Positions 46,384 through 56,785 of a stretch of DNA of 64,000 bases are shown here, in pieces. The number at the start of each line of letters is the position of its first letter. Position 1 is the stretch's first letter. Made by a program: the position numbers and the translations under genes. The DNA comes from an uncultured Actinomycetota bacterium. GTDB taxonomy: Bacteria > Actinomycetota > Actinomycetes > JAFAQI01. The stretch spans positions 1,248,001-1,312,000 of the forward strand of contig CAVYQE010000001.1 in NCBI GenBank assembly GCA_963770565.1, in the 5' to 3' direction. The notes below the pieces were generated by a model. The model was not told the DNA's origin. It saw only the letters and a program-made list of their open reading frames with translations, and did no database searches.

Positions 46384-47169
46384 TTACAGGCCGATGCCCG
46401 ACAGCGGGCCCTTGCGGTCGTTGCCAGGAGCGTCCATGACGCGGCGCAACGCCTCGCCGAGTGAGTGAATCGACGTCGACTGCAAGATCACCGATCCCTC
46501 GCCGCGGAAGGTGGCGAGGTTGATCCCCTCGCCGCCGAACATCGCGGTCATCGCGGTCTGGGCGTTCAAGCCGCCGACCCGCTCGATCGTGTACTGCACG
46601 GTGTCGGAGAACGCGACCACGTTGCCGGTCTCGGCCTGGATGGTGCCGCCGTACTTGGCCGGGTTGAGCTCGATGAAGTTGCCGGCTGCCGCGACGAACA
46701 GCGTCCCCGCGCCGGTGAACTTCTGCAGCACGAACCCCTCGTGTCCGCGCAGGCCCATCCGCAGACCGGTGAACGCGATGTCGAAGTTGATCGTCGACTC
46801 CGCCGCGATCATCGAGCCGCGCTCGGCGAACCATCCGGTCGAGCCGTCGAGCTCGATCGCGCGCAGCTCGCCGGGGATCGTGCCGGCCAGCGTGACCAGG
46901 CCGTTTCCACCCTCTGCGTGGTAGTACTGGAACGCCAATCCCTCGCCGGCGAGCACCCGCTTGCCGACGTCCATGGCCTTGGCCAGGAAGCCACCAGCCG
47001 CGGCCGGTGCGCCGGCCTGGTTGTTCTGCGGCTGGGTCAGCCGGGTCTCGAGGGCGACGTTCGCGGTCTTCCAGCGGAATGTCCCGCGGTCGCCGTACAC
47101 GGTCTGTCCGGGCTCGAGCTGGATGATGGCCATCTGGTTGGCCGTGCCGACAATCTTGTGCGCAAGCAT
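46384..47169 (-). CDS. AIM24 family protein
   Basis: LEPGQTVYGDRG, AGEGL, GHEGFVLQKFTGAG, GGEGINLATFRGEG. Confidence 0.85.
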   Translation of the reverse strand: MLAHKIVGTANQMAIIQLEPGQTVYGDRGTFRWKTANVALETRLTQPQNNQAGAPAAAGGFLAKAMDVGKRVLAGEGLAFQYYHAEGGNGLVTLAGTIPGELRAIELDGSTGWFAERGSMIAAESTINFDIAFTGLRMGLRGHEGFVLQKFTGAGTLFVAAAGNFIELNPAKYGGTIQAETGNVVAFSDTVQYTIERVGGLNAQTAMTAMFGGEGINLATFRGEGSVILQSTSIHSLGEALRRVMDAPGNDRKGPLSGIGL

Positions 47170-47251
47170 TGATCTCCCACCCAATCGATGTGACCTGCGC
47201 GGACCCTACTCTGGCCGGGTGCGTCCCGCCATCGCCGGGTACGGTGCCTGG

Positions 47252-47779
47252 ATGGGAGCTCTGCCCCATTTCGACTGCGGGGCGCTGTTCAGCGCGCTGG
47301 ACGCCCAACGTCGTGAGCGCGGCCTGGGGTGGTTCGAGCTCGCCGACGAGCTCTGGGAGCAGTCGGCCGACCTCAACGCGCGACGAACGGACCATCCGCT
47401 TTGCGGGGGAGCGGTCGCGAGGCTGCAGACCCGAGGCGCCACGTCCTGCCAATACGCGCTGTTCATGTTGCGCTGGCTCCAGCGGGCGCCCGAGGACTTC
47501 CTGGCCGGCCCCGTCGTCGAGGTCGGTGACGTGCGGTTGCCCGTGGCGGGGCCCGACCACCGGCTGCGCTGGGACTTGGGCCAGCTGCACGCAGCGCTCA
47601 ACCAGCAACGTGGCGAGCGGGGCCTGACCTGGTCGGAGCTCGGGCGAGAGATTGACTGCACGCCCGGCAGGTTGACCAACCTGCGCACCGCCCGCCTGGC
47701 GGACATGGACCTCGCGATGCGCGTGACCCAGTGGCTCGCCCAGCCGGCCGCGGTATTCATCCACCCAGCCACGTGGTGA
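47252..47779 (+). CDS. Internally duplicated XRE/Cro-like HTH protein
   Basis: Two repeats ALDAQRRERGLGWFELADEL / ALNQQRGERGLTWSELGREI; TACGGT 6 nt before ATG. Confidence 0.7.
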   Translation: MGALPHFDCGALFSALDAQRRERGLGWFELADELWEQSADLNARRTDHPLCGGAVARLQTRGATSCQYALFMLRWLQRAPEDFLAGPVVEVGDVRLPVAGPDHRLRWDLGQLHAALNQQRGERGLTWSELGREIDCTPGRLTNLRTARLADMDLAMRVTQWLAQPAAVFIHPATW

Positions 47780-47902
47780 GCGGATGCCTCCGGGTTGAGT
47801 CAGTTGAGCAGGAATCGAGAAGCGCGCGGGCGATCACCGGCCTAACCTCTAGTCGACCGACAAGACGCAACGCGGGAAGCCGCGGATCGAAAGGCGAGTG
47901 AC

Positions 47903-48352
47903 GTGCCTCCGAAGCAAACCTCTACCGGATCCGGCGGCTTCAGCGCTGAGGAACGCGCCGCGATGAAGGCCCGCGCGGCCGAGCTTCGCGCCGAAGGCAG
48001 GAAAGGCGCCAAGAAGGCAGACGAGATGCAGGCGACCCTCGATGCGATCGCGAAGATGGTGCCGGATGATCGCGCGCTTGCCGAACGAGTCCATGCGGCA
48101 GTGACTACTACTGCGCCGCAACTGTCGCCGAAGACGTGGTACGGGATGCCCGCCTACGCCAATGCGGACGGCAAGGTCGTCATCTACTTTCGCGACGCGG
48201 GCAAGTTCAAGGAGCGTTACTCCAATCTGGGCTTCAACGACGTGGCCACCCTCGATGACGGGGACATGTGGCCGATCATGTTCGCGCTTCGCAACTGGTC
48301 CCCGGCGGTGGAGAAGCGCGTTGTGCAACTGGTGAAGGCCGCCCTGTCCTGA
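47903..48352 (+). CDS. DUF1801/YdhG-like protein
   Basis: GFSAEERAAMK, PKTWYGMPAY, KFKERY. Confidence 0.85.
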   Translation: MPPKQTSTGSGGFSAEERAAMKARAAELRAEGRKGAKKADEMQATLDAIAKMVPDDRALAERVHAAVTTTAPQLSPKTWYGMPAYANADGKVVIYFRDAGKFKERYSNLGFNDVATLDDGDMWPIMFALRNWSPAVEKRVVQLVKAALS

Positions 48353-48383
48353 ACCGAGCGCAGCAGAACGCCGCCTCGTGCGG

Positions 48384-49196
48384 TCAGTCGCTCAGCGTGC
48401 GGGTGTCGGCGCTGACAACGAGAGCCGCCATGCGCCCGACGACCGGGCCCGGCCCGAACTCGCGTTCCAGCGCGGCCGCGACCGCCCGGGTCGTCGCCTC
48501 AAGGTCGCCGCGGCCCTCGATCTCGGCGCGCAGAGGCGTGCCTCGGCAGTACCCGCGCGCGAGGTCGGCGGTGCTCCTCCCGGTGCAGCGGAGCTCGACC
48601 GTCTCGACATGTACGTCGCCGAAGCCCGCCGTGGCCAGGTCGGCGGCGACGAGGTCCGCGTCGTGGTAGCCGTGCGGCACTCGGGCGAGAAAGCTCGGCG
48701 GATCGTCGGGAAAGCTCTCGGCGAGCGCTGCCATGACGGCCGCCTCAACATCGTGGGTGGCAAGCGGGCCCCAGCAGTTGAACAGAAAGTGCCCATCGGG
48801 CCTGAGCACTCGTGCGACCTCGGCGTACGCGGCCGGCCGGTCGGGGAAGAACATGACCCCGAACTGGCAGGCGACGAGGTCGAACGTCGCATCGCCGAAC
48901 GGCAGCTCCATCGCGTCGGCCTGCCGCCAGGTCGCCGCCGGTACCTGCGCGGATCCGACGTCGACCATCGCGACGTTGAGGTCGGTCGCGGTGACGTGCG
49001 CCCCGGGCAGGCTCGCGATCATGGCCCGGGTGAGCACGCCCGTGCCAGCCGCAAGTTCGAGCACAAGCCGTGGTTGGTGGCCGGCCACCCTCGCAGCGAG
49101 GTCGTCGGCGTACGGCTGGAAAACGGCGGGGACCAGGTACTCGTCGTACGCCGTAGACATGTCCTCAGCCCACGTGCGACTCGCCTCGTCAGGCAC
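48384..49196 (-). CDS. Class I SAM-dependent methyltransferase
   Basis: VLELAAGTG, DAMELPF, CQFGVMFF, LRPDG. Confidence 0.88.
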   Translation of the reverse strand: MPDEASRTWAEDMSTAYDEYLVPAVFQPYADDLAARVAGHQPRLVLELAAGTGVLTRAMIASLPGAHVTATDLNVAMVDVGSAQVPAATWRQADAMELPFGDATFDLVACQFGVMFFPDRPAAYAEVARVLRPDGHFLFNCWGPLATHDVEAAVMAALAESFPDDPPSFLARVPHGYHDADLVAADLATAGFGDVHVETVELRCTGRSTADLARGYCRGTPLRAEIEGRGDLEATTRAVAAALEREFGPGPVVGRMAALVVSADTRTLSD

Positions 49197-49242
49197 CCCC
49201 CGAACCTAGTGCCAACCCGATCTTCACCTGGACACTTGCGTC

Positions 49243-49311
49243 CTGATCTTCGCGCTCGCGACCACTCTTACGGCGTGTTGAGCGAAAAGTGGTCACGAAG
49301 GCGAAGATCAG
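49243..49311. repeat. Long imperfect intergenic hairpin (REP-like)
   Basis: CTGATCTTCGC...GACCACT...AGTGGTC...GCGAAGATCAG. Confidence 0.6.
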
Positions 49312-49342
49312 CGGGGGAACGGTCATCCCGTAGGTTGGCGCG

Positions 49343-50002
49343 GTGCGGTTGGTGATTGCGCGGTGCAGCGTCGACTACGTAGGCCGGTTGACTGCGCATC
49401 TCCCGAGTGCGACCCGGCTCCTCCTGGTCAAAGCCGACGGCAGCGTGTCGGTGCATGCCGACGGCGGCGCCTACAAGCCGCTGAACTGGATGAGCCCGCC
49501 GTGCACCCTGCGTGAAGAGCCCGGCCAGTGGACCGTCATCAACAAAGCGGGCGAGGAGCTGCGGATCACGATCGAGGAGATCGTGTCCGAGGTCAGCGCC
49601 GAGCTGGGCATCGATCCGGGCCTGGTGAAGGACGGCGTCGAGGCGCACCTGCAGATCCTGCTGGCCGAGCACTGCGAGGCGATCGGCGAGGGCCTCCGCC
49701 TGGTACGCCGCGAATACCCGACCGACATCGGTCCGGTCGACCTGCTCTGCCGGGATGCGGCGGGGCAGTCGGTCGCGGTCGAGATCAAGCGGCGCGGCGA
49801 GATCGACGGGGTGGAGCAGCTCACCCGTTATCTCGAGCGGCTCGACCGGGATCCGTTGCTCCGGCCGGTTCGCGGCGTACTGGCCGCACAGGAGATCAAG
49901 CCGCAGGCCCGGGTCCTGGCCGAGGCGCGTGGGATCGACTGCGTTGTGGTCGACTACGACGAGCTGCGCGGCATCGAGCCGTCCGTGCCGCGGCTGTTCT
50001 GA
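49343..50002 (+). CDS. nucS: Mismatch endonuclease NucS/EndoMS
   Basis: [36 protein letters not shown]. Confidence 0.95.
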   Translation: MRLVIARCSVDYVGRLTAHLPSATRLLLVKADGSVSVHADGGAYKPLNWMSPPCTLREEPGQWTVINKAGEELRITIEEIVSEVSAELGIDPGLVKDGVEAHLQILLAEHCEAIGEGLRLVRREYPTDIGPVDLLCRDAAGQSVAVEIKRRGEIDGVEQLTRYLERLDRDPLLRPVRGVLAAQEIKPQARVLAEARGIDCVVVDYDELRGIEPSVPRLF

Positions 50003-50031
50003 GCCCGTCCGCGATGGGCGAGACTGGACCC

Positions 50032-51607
50032 ATGGCGATCGGGACCGTGGGCGTGGTCGGGCTGGGCACGATGGGCGCCGGCATCGTCGAGGTGTTCGCC
50101 CGAGCCGGTCTCGACGTCGTGGCCGTCGAGATCGACGAGCCGCTGCTGGCGGCCGGCCGGACCCGGCTCGAGACCTCGCTCGGCCGCGCCGTCGAGCGCG
50201 GCCGGATCGAGCCGGCCGACCGCGACGCCTACCTCGGCCGGGTGGGTTTCACCACCGACCGCGAGGCGCTGGCGGCCGCGGACCTGGTGATCGAAGCGGT
50301 GCCTGAGCGACTCGAGGTCAAGGCGGCGCTGTTCGCCGACCTCGACGGGATCTGCCCGGCATCGACGGTGCTGGCGACCAACACCTCCTCGCTGCCGGTC
50401 ACCCAGATCGCGGCGTCCAGCGGGCGGCCGGACCGGGTCATCGGCATGCACTTCTTCAACCCGGCGCCGGTCATGCGCCTGGTCGAGGTGGTGCACACCG
50501 TGCTCACTGCACCGGCCGTCATCGACTCCGTCCGCGAACTCGCGGAGAAGTGCGGCAAGACGCCGGTGGTCGTCGGTGACCGGGCCGGGTTCGTCGCCAA
50601 CGCGCTGCTGTTCGGCTACCTCAACGACGCCGCTCGGGCCGCCGAGACCGGTCAGGCCGCGGTCGCCGACATCGACGCGGCGATCGTCGCGTCGACCGGC
50701 CTGCCGATGGGCCCGCTTGACCCTGCTCGACCTGATCGGCCTCGATGTCTCACTCGACGTTCTCGAGACGATGTTCGAGGAGACCCGCGACCAGCGGTAC
50801 GCCGCTGCGCCGCTGCTCCGCCGGATGGTCATGGCCGGGCAGCTCGGTCGCAAGTCCGGCCGCGGCTACTACTCCTACGACGTCAAGCCGCCTCAGGCCA
50901 CGATCCCCGCGCCGGCCTTCGCGGTCGGTAAACCGGTGCCGGTCCCACGGGTGGTCGTCGTGGTGGGCAGCGCGAAGTCGGGTGTGGTCGCTGCGATCCC
51001 GGACCTGGCCGTCGTACCGATCGAGGACATCGGTATTGCCGACGTCGTGATCGTCGACGGCCATTCGCGGAGTGGCTCGGCCGAGCTGGCCGCCCGGGTC
51101 GGCCGGCTCGCCAAGCCGGGTGCGGTCATCGCGATCGCGACGACGGACGAAGCGCCGGTCGGCACGATGGCCGGCGGGACCGGCCGGATCGCCGACGTGG
51201 TCGGCCTGCACCTGCCGCTCGCACCGAAGCCCGGTGTGGTCGAAGTCGTGGCGACCCGGCACTCGTCGCCCGACGCGGTCGCGACCGTCGTCGAGGCAGT
51301 CCGCGCCGCCGGACTGACCGCGGTGTCCTGCCGCGACCGGCCGGGCCACCTGGTCGACCAGATCGTGCTGCCGCATCTCGGCGATGCGGTCCGGATGGTC
51401 GACGACGGCTACGCAACCGTTGCCGACGTCGAGGCCGCGATGACACTGGGCTGCGGCTACCCGGTCGGGCCGTTCGCGATGCTCGACGCGGTCGGCGCCG
51501 ACGAGCTGCGATCAAGGCTGCTGCACCTGGCGGCGGCCACCCATCTCGCCTCGCTGGCACCGGTGCCTCTGCTCGACGAACTCGCGGCGTTCGGGCCGGG
51601 GGAGTAG
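50032..51607 (+). CDS. 3-hydroxyacyl(butyryl)-CoA dehydrogenase, duplicated-domain form (apparent frameshift near 50718)
   Basis: GLGTMGAG, EAVPE, TNTSS, HFFNP, GRKSGRG; degenerate second unit. Confidence 0.85.
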
Positions 51608-51613
51608 GCATTC

Positions 51614-51919
51614 GTGAGTCCGCGACGTGCGCGCCGCCGCGACGACGTACCGGCACCGCTGCGCACCCGCGGAGTGGCGATGACCGAGTCGCATCCGGAC
51701 GGCGAGTGGGTGGTCCGACCGGTGCCGGCCGAGAACGCCGGCAAGAGCTACCGCTGCCCGGGGTGCGACCAGGAGATCCGGCCGAGCCTGCCGCACGTGG
51801 TCGCATGGCGACCCGGCGCCGAGGGCGACCGGCGGCACTGGCACACGCCCTGCTGGAACGCGCGGATGCGCCGCGGGGTCAACGTGCAGCGCTCGCGCAA
51901 CGCCCCTCGACACGGCTGA
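51614..51919 (+). CDS. Conserved actinobacterial Cys/His protein
   Basis: KSYRCPGCDQEI...HVVAW...RRHWHTPCW. Confidence 0.8.
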   Translation: MSPRRARRRDDVPAPLRTRGVAMTESHPDGEWVVRPVPAENAGKSYRCPGCDQEIRPSLPHVVAWRPGAEGDRRHWHTPCWNARMRRGVNVQRSRNAPRHG

Positions 51920-51931
51920 GACACTGGCCAG

Positions 51932-52165
51932 GTGGCTGAGCTCGGTCCCTGGATGATCACCGCCCGCACTCGCGAGCAGGCGGAGTACGTCGTACGCTCG
52001 CGGGCCGAGCAACGCGGTGTGCACGTCACCGAACTCGAGGTGTCCGGGGGCGACAACGGCATGTGGGCGGTGCGCGTGGTGGTGACCGATCCGAGTGAGG
52101 TTGCCGAGGCGGCCCGGCTCGGCGACGACACCGGCGTCATCCACCTGCCTCCGCGGGCCGACTAA
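51932..52165 (+). CDS. Small hypothetical protein
   Basis: Compact ORF filling gap in operon direction. Confidence 0.55.
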   Translation: MAELGPWMITARTREQAEYVVRSRAEQRGVHVTELEVSGGDNGMWAVRVVVTDPSEVAEAARLGDDTGVIHLPPRAD

Positions 52166-52237
52166 CTCCACTCACCGATTTGCGACGCGGGCATCGGGCC
52201 GTTCCGCAGCCCGACCGATGCCCGGGTGCGTTGGTTC

Positions 52238-52342
52238 AGCCCGGTGGATCGGTCCGACTGCTCCGCGCCCCTGGTGTTGATCGCCGAACCCCGCTGCGCT
52301 CAACACACGGGGCGCTCCGCAGCCTAACCGATCCACCGGGTT
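52238..52342 (+). repeat. Structured ~100-bp palindromic element, copy A
   Basis: Homologous to 60305-60399 with compensatory changes. Confidence 0.8.
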
Positions 52343-52841
52343 AGGTGCGAACTACCTCGAGCTGGGGGCTGGCCGCGAGGGTCTGGAACACGACGCAGTA
52401 GCGCCGGGTGGTCTCGATCAGGGCGTCGATGTCTTCGCTCGGCGCGGGCGAGTCGAGATCGAAAATCAGCCGGATCGCCGTGAACCCCACCGGAGCGTCC
52501 CGGTCGACGCCGAGCGTGCCGCGGAAGTCCAGGTCGCCCTCGGCCCGCACCGTGCCACTCACCTCGAGGCCGCGGTTGATCGCGACCGCGCGCAAGGTCA
52601 CGCCGGCGCACGCCACCAGGGCTTCCAGCAGCATGTCGCCGGAGCAGGCCAAGGAACCGTCGCCGCCGGTGGCCGGGTGCAGACCGGCCTCGACCAGGGC
52701 CCGGCCGGTCTGCACCGAGCACGAGACCTCGGTGTCGGCGAGCGAACCCTCGGCGCGCAGTGTCACCACTGCGCTGCCGGGGTCCGCTCGGTACTGCTGT
52801 TTGAGCGGTTGCTGCCGCTCGCGGAGCTGGGCTGAATCCAC
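52341..52841 (-). CDS. OsmC family protein
   Basis: GLHPATGG, CSGDMLLEAL, DLDFRG, RYCVV. Confidence 0.88.
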   Translation of the reverse strand: MDSAQLRERQQPLKQQYRADPGSAVVTLRAEGSLADTEVSCSVQTGRALVEAGLHPATGGDGSLACSGDMLLEALVACAGVTLRAVAINRGLEVSGTVRAEGDLDFRGTLGVDRDAPVGFTAIRLIFDLDSPAPSEDIDALIETTRRYCVVFQTLAASPQLEVVRT

Positions 52842-52844
52842 TGC

Positions 52845-53117
52845 TCAGTCGCCGGTTGCCGGGTCGATCTCGGTGGTGATCCGGGACACCTTGTTGGCCG
52901 GGAAGCCGCCACAGCGGGCGTGCTCGAGGACGATGTCCTCGTCCGGGGCGATGTAGACGCAGTAGAGCTTGTCGTCGGTCACGTAGCTGTGCAGCCAGTG
53001 GATGTCCGGACCCAGGTCCGAGATCACCTGGTTGGACTTCTGGCTGATCGATCGCAGGTCGTCGCCGGACAGGTTGCCGGCTCCTGGCAGCTCTCGCTCG
53101 ATCACGAACTTCGGCAT
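52845..53117 (-). CDS. DUF4242 family protein
   Basis: MPKFVIERE...WLHSYV...YCVYIAP...HARCGGFPAN. Confidence 0.85.
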   Translation of the reverse strand: MPKFVIERELPGAGNLSGDDLRSISQKSNQVISDLGPDIHWLHSYVTDDKLYCVYIAPDEDIVLEHARCGGFPANKVSRITTEIDPATGD

Positions 53118-53142
53118 GGGTCTCTCCCTCTCGTTGTGTTAA

Positions 53143-53202
53143 CGTACCGGTGGTACGTCACGTCCATACTGTTGGTAGGGAAGATTGCATACCGCTGGTA
53201 CG
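53143..53202. promoter_or_regulatory. Three CRTACY-N3-GGTASG TetR-type operator boxes
   Basis: CGTACCggtGGTACG, CATACTgttGGTAGG, CATACCgctGGTACG spaced 22-23 bp between divergent genes. Confidence 0.65.
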
Positions 53203-53220
53203 GAAGTCAAGAGCAAAGCC

Positions 53221-53814
53221 GTGGACAAACGGCTGGCCCAGGGTCTCGAGACGCGAGATGCGCTGGTCAGCGCCGCGCGCGAGCTGTTCGGCACCCAGGG
53301 GTACGCCGCCACCTCCACCGAGGAGATCGTCGAGCGCGCGGGGGTCACCAAGGGCGCGCTCTACCACCACTTCGCCGACAAGGAGCAGCTGTTCCGCTCG
53401 GTGTTCGAGCAGGTCCAGCACGAGGTGTCGGACCGGGCCGTCGTCGAGTTCCTCCAGCGCGACTCGTGGGAGGCGCTGGTCGCCGGCTGCCGGTTGTGGG
53501 TCGAGGCGCACGACGACCCGGGGGTTCGCCAAATCGTGCTGATCGACGCCCGCGGCGTACTGGGTTGGGAGACCGCCCGCTCGATCGAGACCCGCTTCAG
53601 CACGGTTGCGCTGAGGGGCGCGCTGCGCAAGGCGATGCATGCCGGCGTGATCGAGCGCCAGCCGCTGCGGCCGTTGGCGTTCATGCTGATCGGAGCGTTG
53701 AGCGAGGCCTGCCTTTACATGGCCGATGCCGACGACACCGCCGTCGCGCGGGCGGAGATCGGCGCGCTCATCGTCGCGCTGCTGTCCGGGATGAGGATCG
53801 TGGCGAGCGACTAG
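53221..53814 (+). CDS. TetR family regulator
   Basis: TRDALVSAARELFGTQGY...GVTKGALYHHFADK. Confidence 0.9.
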   Translation: MDKRLAQGLETRDALVSAARELFGTQGYAATSTEEIVERAGVTKGALYHHFADKEQLFRSVFEQVQHEVSDRAVVEFLQRDSWEALVAGCRLWVEAHDDPGVRQIVLIDARGVLGWETARSIETRFSTVALRGALRKAMHAGVIERQPLRPLAFMLIGALSEACLYMADADDTAVARAEIGALIVALLSGMRIVASD

Positions 53815-53878
53815 CGGTCGCAGGGAGTTGGCAGCTTTCGTTCAGACTCGTTTCACCCGGCCGGGCAACGGTTGAGGC

Positions 53879-55219
53879 ATGAGCGACGACGTGTACGACG
53901 GCGACGGCGACGGCACCGAGATCCCCGGCCAGCAGCTGTTCGACCTCGACCCCGGCGCGACCGGAATCGGCGCTGGACGCCCGGCCCGGCGCAAGCGGGT
54001 GATCGCCGGCGGGGCGGTCCTGGTCACCGGCCTCGCGGTCGGCGGTTGGGGCCTGACCGATGCACTGGCAAATAACCGGGCCACCCATGGCTTCCCGCAG
54101 GTGGCCGGTCTCTCGGCGGCCAGCGCGGTCAGCGCGGACCGAGCCGCCTCGGCGGTCGACAACGCGGTGGTCGACATCGACGCGACCGATGGCTACAGCG
54201 GGCAGGAAGACGCCGGCACCGGAATGGTCATCACGTCCAACGGCGACATCCTCACCAACAATCACGTGGTCGCCGACGCGACCTCGGTCACCGTGACCTT
54301 CGTGTCCAGTGGCCGGTCGTACCGCGCGAAGGTGCTCGGCACCGATGCGGCCGACGACGTGGCCCTGCTCAAGGTGTCCGGGGTCTCCGGGCTCGCGACG
54401 ATCAATGCCGGCAATTCCGACTCGGTCACCACCGGCCTGGCGGTTGCGGCGGTCGGAAACGCCCTCGGCCGTTCCGGCACCCCGACCGTGACAACCGGCA
54501 CGATCACGGGAACCGGTCGCACCATCACCGCGTCCGACGGGGCCGGCTCGTCGAGCGAGCGGCTCACCGGCATGCTCGAAGTCGACGCCGATGTCGTCTC
54601 CGGCGACTCCGGCGGACCGCTGGTCGACTCGAGCGGCCAGGTGATCGGAATCGACACCGCGGCTTCGGGCAACGACTCCGGCGGTCAGGGCTTCGAGCCC
54701 AGCGCGATCACCGCGTCGAACGACGGCTACGCGATCCCGATCACGAAGGCGCTCTCGATCGCGCGCAAGATCGCGGCCGGCAAGGCCAGCTCGTCGATCG
54801 TCATCGGCACCCCCGGCTTCCTCGGCCTCGAGCTCGGCTCGCCGACGGCTGGCACGTCGCCCGGCGACAACGGCTTCGGTGGCAACGGCTTCGGTGGCAA
54901 CGGCTTCGGCTGGCCGGGCGGCTCATCGAGCGGCGAGGGGTTCGGGACGGCGTACTCCACGGCGAGCCCGACGGCGACGACCTCCACAAGCGGACTGACC
55001 GTCGTCGGTGTGGTGCAGAACAGCCCGGCGGCGACCGCCGGGATCGTCGCGGGCGACACGATCACCTCGCTGAACGGCACTGCCGTGACGACTGAGAAGG
55101 CCCTCACCGCGATCCTCGATCAGACCCACGGCGGAGACCGGGTGACGGTCGGCTGGACCGACTCGGCCGGCACGAGCCAGCACGCCACGGTCACCCTGAT
55201 CGACGGCCCGGCGGCCTGA
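53879..55219 (+). CDS. HtrA/trypsin-like serine protease with PDZ domain
   Basis: TM anchor, TNNHVV, DVALL, GDSGGPL, PDZ; NGFGG repeat at 54869-54910. Confidence 0.9.
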   Translation: MSDDVYDGDGDGTEIPGQQLFDLDPGATGIGAGRPARRKRVIAGGAVLVTGLAVGGWGLTDALANNRATHGFPQVAGLSAASAVSADRAASAVDNAVVDIDATDGYSGQEDAGTGMVITSNGDILTNNHVVADATSVTVTFVSSGRSYRAKVLGTDAADDVALLKVSGVSGLATINAGNSDSVTTGLAVAAVGNALGRSGTPTVTTGTITGTGRTITASDGAGSSSERLTGMLEVDADVVSGDSGGPLVDSSGQVIGIDTAASGNDSGGQGFEPSAITASNDGYAIPITKALSIARKIAAGKASSSIVIGTPGFLGLELGSPTAGTSPGDNGFGGNGFGGNGFGWPGGSSSGEGFGTAYSTASPTATTSTSGLTVVGVVQNSPAATAGIVAGDTITSLNGTAVTTEKALTAILDQTHGGDRVTVGWTDSAGTSQHATVTLIDGPAA

Positions 55220-55226
55220 GCCGCGC

Positions 55227-56015
55227 TCAGAACACGTCGAGCGTCGCGCGTTGCCGGCTTTCGCGCTCGAAGTAGGCGAGCAGCAACAAGCCGAGCGCGA
55301 CGAAGCCGGCGCCGAGCAACGCCTCGCGCCCGAGGTCGCCTCGAAGCGCACTGAAGCCGGCGCCGACCGACGCCCGGCGGGCGGCCGCGATCGAGTGGGT
55401 CAACGGCAGCCAGCCGGCGACCGAACGCATCCACCCGGGCAGGCTGGCGAGCGGGACGTTGACACCGCAGAAGATCAGCAGGATCCCGAAGACGATATTG
55501 ACGAGCACAGCGGTCTCCCGGACCCGCAGGGCGAGCGCGGCGGTCACCAGCCCGAGGCCGGTGCACGAGAACGACGCCACCACGACACAGAGCAACAGCG
55601 GCAGCACGGTGGCCAGCGCCACGTGCACCCGCAGCAGCGCGGCACCGGCCACCAGTGCGACCACGCTGACCGCCACCCCGTTGGCGATCACCGGCAGCGA
55701 CCGGCCGAGGAACAGCGGGATCCGGCGGGCCGGCGTGACAAGCAACAGGCCGAGGGTCTGCTGCCGTCGCTCGTTGCCGATCGTGTTGCCCATCGCGAAC
55801 AGGCATGGGATCGCGACGTACTGCACGGCGTTGCCGATCACGAAGAACCGGTCATCGGCGACGCCGGCGTCGCGGCCGATGTAGGCGAAGAACAGCACCT
55901 GGAAGAGCGGCGTCACGATGAAGGTCGGGATCAGGATCCACGGCGACAGCCAGGTGAACAGGGCTCGATAGCTGGTCAGCCCGCCGACGAAGAACACCCG
56001 CGCCGAGGTGATCAC
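55227..56015 (-). CDS. ABC-2 type permease
   Basis: ERRQQTL, LPLTHSI, ~6 TM. Confidence 0.85.
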   Translation of the reverse strand: MITSARVFFVGGLTSYRALFTWLSPWILIPTFIVTPLFQVLFFAYIGRDAGVADDRFFVIGNAVQYVAIPCLFAMGNTIGNERRQQTLGLLLVTPARRIPLFLGRSLPVIANGVAVSVVALVAGAALLRVHVALATVLPLLLCVVVASFSCTGLGLVTAALALRVRETAVLVNIVFGILLIFCGVNVPLASLPGWMRSVAGWLPLTHSIAAARRASVGAGFSALRGDLGREALLGAGFVALGLLLLAYFERESRQRATLDVF

Positions 56016-56785
56016 GTCAGTGCCAGCGTGGCTCGGGTGCGCGCCGCGTCGACGATCCGCCCGGTGACCAGGGTGCCGATGACGGCGTACGCCGCGGTCA
56101 GGCCGAGGCAGGCGAGGAGGGCGGGCGCCACACTGCCGCCGAGGGCCGAGTGCCGGACCGCGGTCATGCCCCAGGTCGGCGCGAGCAGCCAGGAGATCGG
56201 GCGGACCCAGCCGGGCAGCTGCGACAGCGGGACCAGGAACCCACAGATGAACCAGACCGGAAGCTCGATTCCGGCGCCGAGGGCCCAGGAGCTGCGGTAG
56301 CGCACCGACGCGACCGCCAGCAGGAACCCGAACATCCCGATCCCGACGACGATGACGAGGACCGACACGGCGAACAACAACGGTGCATGCACGTGCAGCG
56401 AGATGCCGAAGACGAAGCGGCCCCACAGCAGCGTCGTGATGAGGCTGTAGACGCCGACCGTCGCCATCGAGAGCGTGATCGGGACGAACAGCAATGGCAG
56501 CGGGGTCGGGGCGGCGACCAGCAGCTCGAGCGTCCCTTGTTGACGTTCGTTCTGCAGCGCGGCGCTGGCCGTCGTACTGGTGGCCGACCAGATGCCCATC
56601 GCGCTCGCGCCGACCGCCGCCGACAACAGTGCTCCGGGCGCCTGGTGCCCGGCTCGATACAGCAGGAAGATCGTGGTTGCGAAGAACAGCGGCCACAACA
56701 GCGAGAGCAACCCGTCGAAGGCCGAACGGCTGCGGATCTTGACCTGCAGCCACCAGGTCACGGCGAGCAGTCGCAGAATGCTCAC
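56012..56785 (-). CDS. ABC-2 type permease
   Basis: ERQQGTLE, LPGWVRP. Confidence 0.85.
   Translation of the reverse strand: MSILRLLAVTWWLQVKIRSRSAFDGLLSLLWPLFFATTIFLLYRAGHQAPGALLSAAVGASAMGIWSATSTTASAALQNERQQGTLELLVAAPTPLPLLFVPITLSMATVGVYSLITTLLWGRFVFGISLHVHAPLLFAVSVLVIVVGIGMFGFLLAVASVRYRSSWALGAGIELPVWFICGFLVPLSQLPGWVRPISWLLAPTWGMTAVRHSALGGSVAPALLACLGLTAAYAVIGTLVTGRIVDAARTRATLALT

Noticed and set aside
53830-53860. MprA-like direct repeat upstream of the HtrA gene
   Set aside because: Only weak TTCA/GCAG periodicity; insufficient match
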